A DNA stretch of 64,000 nucleotides from a virus. The notes under the pieces were generated by a model. It was not told the DNA's origin, made no database searches, and saw only the letters and a list, made by a program, of their open reading frames with translations. Below are positions 56,157 through 64,000 of the stretch, piece after piece. The DNA is taken from the IMG/VR virus record IMGVR_UViG_3300020578_000011; one strand, 5' to 3'. The position numbers and the translations under genes are program-made. How positions within the stretch are numbered: the stretch's first letter is position 1; every line of letters starts with the position of its first letter.

Positions 56157-56870
56157 ATGTCTTGTCTTTTTAATTCATCAATTAAAATATTTAACACAGA
56201 TCCTATGGACAATTCTTCTATATGGCCTCATTCAGTTGAAATCTGCATAACTAGAGTACCTATAAGAAAAAGAGATGGGTATTCAGTAGATTTTATGAAA
56301 AATTTAGCCAATAAATTAAAAAATTCTATGGCACCAAATGGAATAGTTTTTCTTATATGCTACGCTCCGATGGAATGTAAATTTAGACCTTTTGAAATTG
56401 GAAGCGAAATGGCAAAAGTTGGTTTTAATCATATTGATAATATTGTTATAGAAAAAACTTGGTTACCTGGAAAAAGATCAGAAAATAATTTAGTAAATTC
56501 TCATGATTATGTTTTGTTTTTTTGTAATGGTGATGTTTGGAAGATAGACAGATCTCCAATAAAACAATATTTAATGCTAGATGACTCAACTTCCTGTGTT
56601 GGGAATACGTGGCTGGTCGAAACAGGATCTTTAGATGAAAGTTGCTCAGATGATCTCGCTACTTTGCTAATTAGAATGTCAGATCTTCTTCCAGGCAGTT
56701 CTGTTTTTGATCCATTTATGGGCAATTCTGCAATATTAAAAGCCTGTCTTACAATGGGTCATTCTTTAATTGGATTTGAAACTGATAAAAGAAAAACAAA
56801 ACAATATCAAAAAATAGTTGATGATTTTAAGAGAAAGGAACAAGATGCTATACGTGAAGTCCAAGACTAA
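56157..56870 (+). CDS. Beta-class N4/N6 DNA methyltransferase-like protein, catalytic motif degenerate
   Basis: PGSSVFDPFMGNS...IGFE; TRVPI where (D/S/N)PP(Y/F) is expected. Confidence 0.7.
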   Translation: MSCLFNSSIKIFNTDPMDNSSIWPHSVEICITRVPIRKRDGYSVDFMKNLANKLKNSMAPNGIVFLICYAPMECKFRPFEIGSEMAKVGFNHIDNIVIEKTWLPGKRSENNLVNSHDYVLFFCNGDVWKIDRSPIKQYLMLDDSTSCVGNTWLVETGSLDESCSDDLATLLIRMSDLLPGSSVFDPFMGNSAILKACLTMGHSLIGFETDKRKTKQYQKIVDDFKRKEQDAIREVQD

Positions 56871-58545
56871 GGATATTATTTCTTCATCAAATGATCTAGA
56901 AAAAATAGTTTTAGAAACTATTTCTAAAATAGCAGAAATAGCTGGAAGAACCTTAGGACCAGGAGGAAGACCAGTCTTGATTGAAAGAGAAGGTCTTCCT
57001 CCTCTAGTGACCAAGGATGGAGTAACTGTTGTTAAAGCATTAGGATTGCCTAGTGCTTCTCATAATATAGTTTTAGATACATGTAAAGAAATCTCTTTAA
57101 ATACAGCAAGAGATGCGGGAGATGGTACTACAACTGCAATTGTTTTAGCTGATGCATTAGTTAAAGCTGGCAAGCAATTTATGAAAGAAAACCCTAAATA
57201 TAATCCCCAGAGATTTGTAAATGAATTAAAAGAATGTTATAAAAAAGTAGTTATTCCATATTTAAAAAATGTAGCAATATCTGTTAAAGACGAAGATCTT
57301 AAAAAGGTCGCGATGATCTCTGCAAACGGAGATGATGAGATTGCAGACGTTGTTGTTAAAGCAGTATTGGCAGCTGGAGACGATGGGACAGTCTTAATAC
57401 AAGAAGATCAAGGCGGAGGGATGAGAGTAGAGACAATAGATGGATATATAGTAACATCTGGCCTTCGTGATGTTGGTTCTATTGGTACTTCTTTTATAAA
57501 CGACAGAGCAGGACAACGAGTAAGAATGGATGAGGGTCTCGTTGTCTTGTTTGATGGAACATTAAATGACTTAGTTCTTCCTGCAGCAATTCAAACAGCT
57601 ATAGAAAATGATCCATCTTATTTTGGAAGGCCAATAATAGTAATGGCTCATGGTTTTGCCGATCCTGTTATTGAGAAGTTTTTAGTTACATCAAAAGGCG
57701 GGGTTTCAGTTGTTCCCGTAATAGTTCCAAAATCTTCATTGGCAAATTCAAGAACAATGTTTTTATTTGACATGGCAGCGTATACGTCGGCCATGGTTAT
57801 GAATCCCGCAACTGCTAATTCATTTGATGTAAATAATTTTGGACACTTTACATCTGCTCGTATAAATACTTATGAAACATTTTTACAATGTGATTCTGAT
57901 TCTGAACTTCTTGAAAATAGAGTAAATGAATTAAAAGCCATATTAAATGATGCACACTCAGAGCATGATAGGTCTCATTTAAGGGCATCTATTGGCAAAT
58001 TAACAGGTGGAATATCAACTGTATGGGTAGGAGGAATGACCGATGCAGAAGTTAGAGAAAGAAGAGATCGTGTTCAAGATGCTGTCGAAGCTGTTAGATC
58101 AGCCGTCGCAGAAGGAATTGTCGCTGGAGGAGCAGGTACGCATTTGGGGATTGTGGTGTGTATTTCTTCGATTAAAGATAGACCCAATTCCTGGAATGTA
58201 ATGAGTCAAGCTTTGATGGCTCCATTTAAATTACTCATGCAAAATTGCGGAGAAGAAGATCAACTTGAAAAAGCTATAGAAAAAATAAAACAAAACATGG
58301 ACTCTCAATGCAAGCCTTCTATTATCTTTGACGCCTCTGATCATAAATATACAAATCCGTATTCTTCGGGGATAATAGAGCCTGCAAAAGTTCACCGTGT
58401 GGCAATTGGAAATGCTATATCTGTGGCGTCTTTGCTTACAACACTAGGTGGATTGGTAGTCTCTCCTAGAGATTATAATTTGGAAACTCAATTAGAAGTA
58501 TCTAGAGCAGCTTTTAAAGACATGATTTCAGATACTGGAGAATAA
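56845..58545 (+). CDS. groEL: Phage-encoded GroEL-like chaperonin
   Basis: TLGPGGRPV; TKDGVTV; AGDGTTTA; ISANGD; EGIVAGGAG; GIIEPAKV. Confidence 0.92.
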   Translation: MLYVKSKTKDIISSSNDLEKIVLETISKIAEIAGRTLGPGGRPVLIEREGLPPLVTKDGVTVVKALGLPSASHNIVLDTCKEISLNTARDAGDGTTTAIVLADALVKAGKQFMKENPKYNPQRFVNELKECYKKVVIPYLKNVAISVKDEDLKKVAMISANGDDEIADVVVKAVLAAGDDGTVLIQEDQGGGMRVETIDGYIVTSGLRDVGSIGTSFINDRAGQRVRMDEGLVVLFDGTLNDLVLPAAIQTAIENDPSYFGRPIIVMAHGFADPVIEKFLVTSKGGVSVVPVIVPKSSLANSRTMFLFDMAAYTSAMVMNPATANSFDVNNFGHFTSARINTYETFLQCDSDSELLENRVNELKAILNDAHSEHDRSHLRASIGKLTGGISTVWVGGMTDAEVRERRDRVQDAVEAVRSAVAEGIVAGGAGTHLGIVVCISSIKDRPNSWNVMSQALMAPFKLLMQNCGEEDQLEKAIEKIKQNMDSQCKPSIIFDASDHKYTNPYSSGIIEPAKVHRVAIGNAISVASLLTTLGGLVVSPRDYNLETQLEVSRAAFKDMISDTGE

Positions 58546-58546
58546 A

Positions 58547-59233
58547 ATGACATTAGAATTTTTAAAATATATATTATCAAATCAATACATAAGATCTGCT
58601 TTATTGGTATTTTCTGGCATCCTAATTGGATTAGCTTTTTATCCATCTAATGATAAAGTGGTTGAACTTGAATCTAAACTTTTACAAAAACAAACAGAAA
58701 TAGCAAATCTTAAAATAGTAAATCAAGAAAAATTAGATGAATTAGAATCAAAACATAGACAAATAGAAACAATGTCTCAAGAAAGAATAAGAACATTAGA
58801 ATCAGAAAATCAAAAATTAATAAAGAAAAAAAGATTCAAAAAAGTAGTAACTACTTTACCAGATGGTACTAAAAAAGAAGAAATTATAATAATAACAGAT
58901 GAAATTGAAATAACAGAAAAACTTAAAAAATTAGAACAAGATTTATTTGAGAAACATCAAGAAGAGGTTTTTGTTTTAAAATCAAAACATAGACAAGCTA
59001 TTTCTGAATTAAATAAATCGCATAGAAAAGAACTAGAAAAAAATATAGAAGAAAAAAATAAACAAATATCATCTTCTAAAAAAATAGGTCTTGGTTTGAG
59101 ATATTCTTCTGATAATGCAATTGGTGGACACGTTCATTATCATGTGCTTGGTAATATATTCATGATGTCTGGACTTGATCTTGTTGATAAAACAAAACTT
59201 AGATATTCAATAGGTGTGGGATTGAGTTTATAA
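58547..59233 (+). CDS. Membrane-anchored coiled-coil protein (possibly spanin-like)
   Basis: N-terminal TM, long coiled coil, amphipathic beta C-terminus YSIGVGLSL. Confidence 0.5.
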   Translation: MTLEFLKYILSNQYIRSALLVFSGILIGLAFYPSNDKVVELESKLLQKQTEIANLKIVNQEKLDELESKHRQIETMSQERIRTLESENQKLIKKKRFKKVVTTLPDGTKKEEIIIITDEIEITEKLKKLEQDLFEKHQEEVFVLKSKHRQAISELNKSHRKELEKNIEEKNKQISSSKKIGLGLRYSSDNAIGGHVHYHVLGNIFMMSGLDLVDKTKLRYSIGVGLSL

Positions 59234-59580
59234 TGCCTAAGTACACATATAAATGTGATGATTGTAAAAATAAAAAACAATTATATAAAAAATCTAATGT
59301 TCTAAATATAGAATGCAACTGCGGAGGTCTTATGAACAGAGATGTTCCTATGACAACCTCTGCTTCTGTTAAAGAAAAAATAGATGATTATACAAATATA
59401 TCAGTAGATCCAAATAATAAAGAAATACTTAACGAAAGATCTTTAGAGCACTTTTGGACTGTGTTGGTTCCAAGGCTATGCCAAGAGCATTCAATGGAAC
59501 ATTGTTTAAAAGAAGGATGGATGTATATAGACGAAAAAGGTCATGTTCAAATGCATACAAAACCTCCCCATAGGAGATGA
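59233..59580 (+). CDS. FmdB-like zinc ribbon protein
   Basis: MPKYTYKCDDC...CNCGG.M.R. Confidence 0.75.
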   Translation: MPKYTYKCDDCKNKKQLYKKSNVLNIECNCGGLMNRDVPMTTSASVKEKIDDYTNISVDPNNKEILNERSLEHFWTVLVPRLCQEHSMEHCLKEGWMYIDEKGHVQMHTKPPHRR

Positions 59581-59581
59581 T

Positions 59582-61327
59582 ATGCGAATCGTTTCTATTG
59601 ATATTGAAAATTTTTTAAGTATAGAAAAAGCACATATTGACTTTAAAAATAATGGAACTCTTTTAATAGAAGGATGGAATCACGATACAAATTCCGCAAA
59701 TGGAGCAGGTAAGACATCTATTGTTACTGCTATATCTTTTATTTTATATGGCAAATCTCCTAGAATATCTGGATCTGGCTTTGTACGTAAAAACTGTAAA
59801 AATTCAACATGTAGTGCCATATTGCATAAGAAAAATGATATTTATTTTGTTAAAAGAACAAAACCAGGTAGGTTTTTTGCTACAAAAAACAATTTAGAAA
59901 TATCTGAAGAAGAATTTTATAAAGATTTAATTTTAGATTATGATACTTTTTTATTGGTTCAATACTTTGCTCAAGGTCTTGGTCAACGCTTCTTAGATCT
60001 AAATGATACAGATCGTAAGGATCTTTTTATTAGGTTAACTAATTCATATAATTTTTCTAAAATAAAAGAAAACATAGACTTAGAGATAAAAGACTTAAAT
60101 ATAAAAAATAATGATCTTATTATTAAAGAGTCTTCTATATTGGCAAAAATTAATACATATAAAGAATCTGAGCAAAACATTGATGCATTATTGAAAGCAC
60201 AGCAAAAAAATACGACATGCATAGATGAAACTTTGATAAAAATAAAAGATTTAGAAAAAATAAAGAAACCAGATATTTCTAAAATAATAGATCTTCAAAA
60301 CAAAACTCAATTAGAAATTGATAAAATAACTCAAAACAAAGGAGCTTCTCAGCTTCTACGTAGAAAATTAAAACAAATAGAATTAGAACAACCACCAGAA
60401 GACCTGTGCGATGGTATTTGTCCATCTTGTTCGCAGGCAATAGATATAGTTAATGGAGATTTCTACAGACACGATTCCTCGTCCTTTGAGGCAAAAATAA
60501 AATCTTGGAACTTAAATAAAAAAAATAAACTATTAGAAATGACAGAATCTATAAAAGAATTAGAATCTTCATTAAGCAAAGAAGAAGATTATAAAAACAT
60601 AATAGACAAATGCCAAGATAAGATAAAAGAATTAAAAGATAGTTATATTAAAACAGAATCAAGACTTTTAGAATTAAAAAGTTTTATAAAATTAAAATAC
60701 CAAGAACTTGAATCTATTAAGTCATCCATAGATTTTCAAAACAATTTATTAAACAATATTACTAAAAATCAAAATATTTTATTAAAAATATCAGAAGAAA
60801 AAAATGAAACAACAAATAAAATCAATATATTACAGACAGTTTCTCAAATAGTATCGCCAACTGGTATTCAGGCATATATACTTGATTCTGTTGTTGATAC
60901 TTTTAATGATAAAATCAATTCAAATTTACAAGTTTCGTGGCCAAACTGCTCGTATGAGCTTAAAACATTTAAGGAAAACAAATCTGGCTCTGTTGTTGCA
61001 AAAATGTCGGATAATTTAACAATAAACGGCGAATCTATGTCAGTAGGTGCTCTATCAGGAGGAGAGAGAAGAAACCTAGCACTTTCTATAGATCTTGCTT
61101 TATTAGATACTTATATTTCTTATTCTGGATTAGATTTAAATCCAATAATACTAGACGAACCATTTGATCATTTAGATTTTTCAAATAGATCAAGAATATT
61201 CGAGCTTTTGCAAGAGTCTTCAAAGAATAGACAAATAATAGTAATAGACCATTCCTCTGAATTTAAAGCTCTTTTTGATAATATAATAACTGTTTCTAAG
61301 AAAAATGATATATCAACCCTATTGTGA
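59582..61327 (+). CDS. SbcC/Rad50-like ATPase (gp46-like)
   Basis: IENFLS; NGAGKT; CPSC zinc hook; LSGGE; ILDEPF; VIDH. Confidence 0.92.
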   Translation: MRIVSIDIENFLSIEKAHIDFKNNGTLLIEGWNHDTNSANGAGKTSIVTAISFILYGKSPRISGSGFVRKNCKNSTCSAILHKKNDIYFVKRTKPGRFFATKNNLEISEEEFYKDLILDYDTFLLVQYFAQGLGQRFLDLNDTDRKDLFIRLTNSYNFSKIKENIDLEIKDLNIKNNDLIIKESSILAKINTYKESEQNIDALLKAQQKNTTCIDETLIKIKDLEKIKKPDISKIIDLQNKTQLEIDKITQNKGASQLLRRKLKQIELEQPPEDLCDGICPSCSQAIDIVNGDFYRHDSSSFEAKIKSWNLNKKNKLLEMTESIKELESSLSKEEDYKNIIDKCQDKIKELKDSYIKTESRLLELKSFIKLKYQELESIKSSIDFQNNLLNNITKNQNILLKISEEKNETTNKINILQTVSQIVSPTGIQAYILDSVVDTFNDKINSNLQVSWPNCSYELKTFKENKSGSVVAKMSDNLTINGESMSVGALSGGERRNLALSIDLALLDTYISYSGLDLNPIILDEPFDHLDFSNRSRIFELLQESSKNRQIIVIDHSSEFKALFDNIITVSKKNDISTLL

Positions 61328-61340
61328 TATAATAAACACT

Positions 61341-61769
61341 ATGAACAAGCTAGATGAAATTAAAGAAAAATTAAATTTATTAAAAGCAAACCTAATGCCA
61401 AGTCTGCGCATGCCCGGCCCTTCTATTCCAAAACCTAAAACACCATCAATGGCTGCGTCTAGTAAAAAAAATCCAATAAAAGTAGCAGAGCAAATAAAAT
61501 CACCAGAGGCAAAGCAATTTGCAATGAGAAGTGCTATTGCCCAAGTAAAATCTCAAACAAATCAATTAGCATTTAAATCTGAAGATTCAAATCAAAAATT
61601 TCATGTACTTATTGATAATCAACTAGTAAATCAAGAACCTATTAGTCAAGATGAAATAAAATCTAAGTATAAACCTGAAATAGAAACAGGCAGAATACAA
61701 ATTGTTCCAATCGTACAGGAACAATTAAGCATGTCTCCTAGTGGACAGTGGCGGCTTAAAAAGGTGTAA
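61341..61769 (+). CDS. Hypothetical protein
   Basis: ATG at 61341 after TGATATAAT. Confidence 0.65.
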   Translation: MNKLDEIKEKLNLLKANLMPSLRMPGPSIPKPKTPSMAASSKKNPIKVAEQIKSPEAKQFAMRSAIAQVKSQTNQLAFKSEDSNQKFHVLIDNQLVNQEPISQDEIKSKYKPEIETGRIQIVPIVQEQLSMSPSGQWRLKKV

Positions 61770-61770
61770 T

Positions 61771-62409
61771 TTGAAAATAATATTAAGCTTTGATCCTGCA
61801 GAGTCAACTGGATTTGCTGTTGCTCATGTAGATCAAAATGTTTGTAACATTGTAGAATATGGTTTTATCGATATAGACACCTCTTCCGTCTATATGGGAG
61901 ATTGGTGCATCGATTTACAAAATAAAATAGAAGAAATATCAAATAGAATCAAGCCAGATCAAATAGTTGTAGAGGATTATTTTTTTGGCAGTAGATTTTC
62001 TTCAGGGGCAAATGTAAACCCAGCGTATAGAGCAGCTATACATATATGGTGTAGAAAAAAGAATCTTCATTATGAAATTTTAAACATATCTAATTGGAAA
62101 ATTTTTATAGCAGGAAGAACGACTCCAACTAAAGAGCAAAAACAAAAATGGGGAAAAGAACCTGCAAAAAAACTAATGATTGTAGAATCTCTTTGGAAGA
62201 GATGGGGAATTAGATTTCCAAATCATTCAATATCTTCAAGAACAAATAAACCAATAATTTTTAGATATGATATAGCAGATGCTGTTTCTCAAGCAATGTA
62301 TGGAGCTTTTTTATTATATAAAACAAATGTTTTTAATTGTCTAGTTGATGTCCCACAAGATATCGAGTTTAAGAAAAATAGCAAAAGAACATACACATAT
62401 ATTGAATAG
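61771..62409 (+). CDS. RuvC-like Holliday junction resolvase
   Basis: ILSFDPAESTGFA; IVVED; DIADAV. Confidence 0.8.
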   Translation: MKIILSFDPAESTGFAVAHVDQNVCNIVEYGFIDIDTSSVYMGDWCIDLQNKIEEISNRIKPDQIVVEDYFFGSRFSSGANVNPAYRAAIHIWCRKKNLHYEILNISNWKIFIAGRTTPTKEQKQKWGKEPAKKLMIVESLWKRWGIRFPNHSISSRTNKPIIFRYDIADAVSQAMYGAFLLYKTNVFNCLVDVPQDIEFKKNSKRTYTYIE

Positions 62410-62447
62410 GTATAACAAAAATAGATCTTAAAAGGAGGATTTGTGAA

Positions 62448-62762
62448 ATGGCTAAGGAAAAGAAAATCAATTTAGGTAAAGCAGAACAGGTTCTTAGTAA
62501 AACCTTTTGTGATAATCACAAAGACGTAACCGAGGACGAGGCCGCGGATCTTGTTGTAAAAGCAGAGATGCGAGTTAAGGCATTAAAAGAAGAACGAGAC
62601 AATGATGAAAAGCTAAAAGCCGCAAAGCAAATTGTCGCAGATCTGGGCTCTGGATACAAAGCTGCTATTGATTATGAAAAGGCAAAGATAGATTTCTTGT
62701 TAGAAAGAATTAGTGAAATTCAGAATGATGAAGCAAATCCATCTTCTAGTTTAAAAGGATAA
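62448..62762 (+). CDS. Hypothetical coiled-coil protein
   Basis: AGGAGG RBS. Confidence 0.8.
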   Translation: MAKEKKINLGKAEQVLSKTFCDNHKDVTEDEAADLVVKAEMRVKALKEERDNDEKLKAAKQIVADLGSGYKAAIDYEKAKIDFLLERISEIQNDEANPSSSLKG

Positions 62763-62765
62763 TCT

Positions 62766-63002
62766 ATGTTTTATAGATTTTTTTTAATATATTTATTATT
62801 ATTGTCTTCTAATGTTTTTGCAAAACCTGTAAAAGAAACACCAAACAATTCCAAACCAACAGATTTACATTGCTATTATTCTTCATATAAATTAAAAAAG
62901 AATGAAGAAATGAAAGATGTAAAAGTGAAAATTTGTAGTACAGGTTCTGTTAAAACAGAAAAAAGTAAAAAATCATCACTTTCAGATAGAAAATCTAAAT
63001 AG
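62766..63002 (+). CDS. Small exported protein
   Basis: Signal peptide ending VFA. Confidence 0.6.
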   Translation: MFYRFFLIYLLLLSSNVFAKPVKETPNNSKPTDLHCYYSSYKLKKNEEMKDVKVKICSTGSVKTEKSKKSSLSDRKSK

Positions 63003-63051
63003 TTTTTGTTTTACTTTTAAATACTTAAAAACATTTATTTGATGTATAATG

Positions 63052-63078
63052 ACCCTGTATGTAAAATACAGGGTTTTT
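63052..63078 (+). terminator. Rho-independent terminator
   Basis: ACCCTGTAT-GTAAA-ATACAGGGT followed by TTTT. Confidence 0.8.
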
Positions 63079-63132
63079 AATTTTGTTTATTATATAATAA
63101 ATATAATATTGTATGTTATTAAGGAAAAATAA

Positions 63133-64000
63133 ATGAAAAAAGCAGATAAAAAAATTTCTATAATAAAATGTTATGCAAAATTAGCAAAACAATTAAAAAG
63201 ACATGTACAAAATGAAGATTTAAATTCTGTTGGAATAACCAGAGATATGGTTTCCCATCATTTTGGATCTCTGTCGAATTTAGAAAAAATAGCAAGAGAA
63301 AAACATCCAGGATATTTTTTTGATGTAACAGTAGAGTCTCTTCATTCACCAAAGGCTCTGCAAGATCTTAGAGATATAGTTAAAAATAAAAAGAAATTTA
63401 TAATAACAACGGCTGTCCAAGGGTGCGAAGTTCATAAAGACTTTTATAAGTCAATAAAACAATACTGCAATATGAACGATGCTCATTTATTAGTTATCGT
63501 TGCCTCTGACCCAGCAGCCTCTCATGGAGGAAAATGGGGAACAATATCTGCTCAGTTAGCAAATGAAACTATAATAATAGAAGATACTAGATTAAATTCC
63601 AATGTTTTTATTAGTACCATAAAACTATCTGCAAAGCATATAGATCCCACAACCGGGCTTGGACGAATAGGTCAGAGAAATGGAACTTTCATATATGCTT
63701 CTCCTAAACAAAGGCTTAAACCCGTTCCCGTTAGTAATTCTAAACTACCTCATTTTATGATGACCACAGGGGCCATAACTTCTCCGGATTACAATACAGA
63801 ATCATACATGTCACAACGCACTGCGTATATCGCACAACATGATCATGTAATGGGTGCTGTTGTTTTTGAGATAGAAGACGATGAAACATATCACTTTACT
63901 CAAATACAAGCAGATTCAAGAGGTCATTTTATAGATCGTGGTTATATATATAGACCAACAGGAAGATCCATAGTAAGACCAGAAGGTTTTGTGCTTGGAG
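63133..64000 (+). CDS. T5 A1-like protein (3' end outside window)
   Basis: Hand-translated open frame: FIITTAVQGCEVH..F..SIKQYC...SPKQRLKPVP...MMTTGAIT...HDHVMGAVVFE. Confidence 0.65.
   Translation, partial: MKKADKKISIIKCYAKLAKQLKRHVQNEDLNSVGITRDMVSHHFGSLSNLEKIAREKHPGYFFDVTVESLHSPKALQDLRDIVKNKKKFIITTAVQGCEVHKDFYKSIKQYCNMNDAHLLVIVASDPAASHGGKWGTISAQLANETIIIEDTRLNSNVFISTIKLSAKHIDPTTGLGRIGQRNGTFIYASPKQRLKPVPVSNSKLPHFMMTTGAITSPDYNTESYMSQRTAYIAQHDHVMGAVVFEIEDDETYHFTQIQADSRGHFIDRGYIYRPTGRSIVRPEGFVLG

Noticed and set aside
1-64000. Genome-wide stop-codon reassignment
   Set aside because: Long genes are intact in the standard code, and TAA, TGA and TAG all end tightly packed genes.

Overview
This is a 64-kb slice of an AT-rich, contractile-tailed (myovirus-type) phage genome, with four blocks. 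(1) 1-1746: the 3' part of a collagen-like virion fibre gene. (2) 1.8-10.4 kb: a leftward early/accessory region of small ORFs. It carries about 13 same-strand copies of a TCCGATWC promoter-like motif resembling the sigma28/FliA -10 element, three paralogues of one unknown ~165-aa protein, and a GC-rich 1.4-kb block with no A4/T4 run. That block abuts a palindrome-rich non-coding junction (10.4-11.06 kb) that looks like a genome end or packaging site. (3) 11-50 kb: endolysin, neck genes including a Nudix protein, sheath, three tube paralogues, a -1 frameshifted tail chaperone, tape measure, baseplate (with a 2480-aa J-like protein) and fibre/receptor-binding genes. (4) 50.4-64 kb: a replication/recombination module with DnaB-like helicase, an initiator with internal iterons, primase, SF2 helicase, dUTPase, a degenerate methyltransferase, a GroEL-like chaperonin, SbcC/Rad50, RuvC-like and T5 A1-like genes, plus a ~250-nt candidate structured ncRNA. 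I saw no capsid, terminase, DNA polymerase, tRNA, CRISPR array or integrase in the window. All family calls come from recognising motifs by eye; no searches were run.
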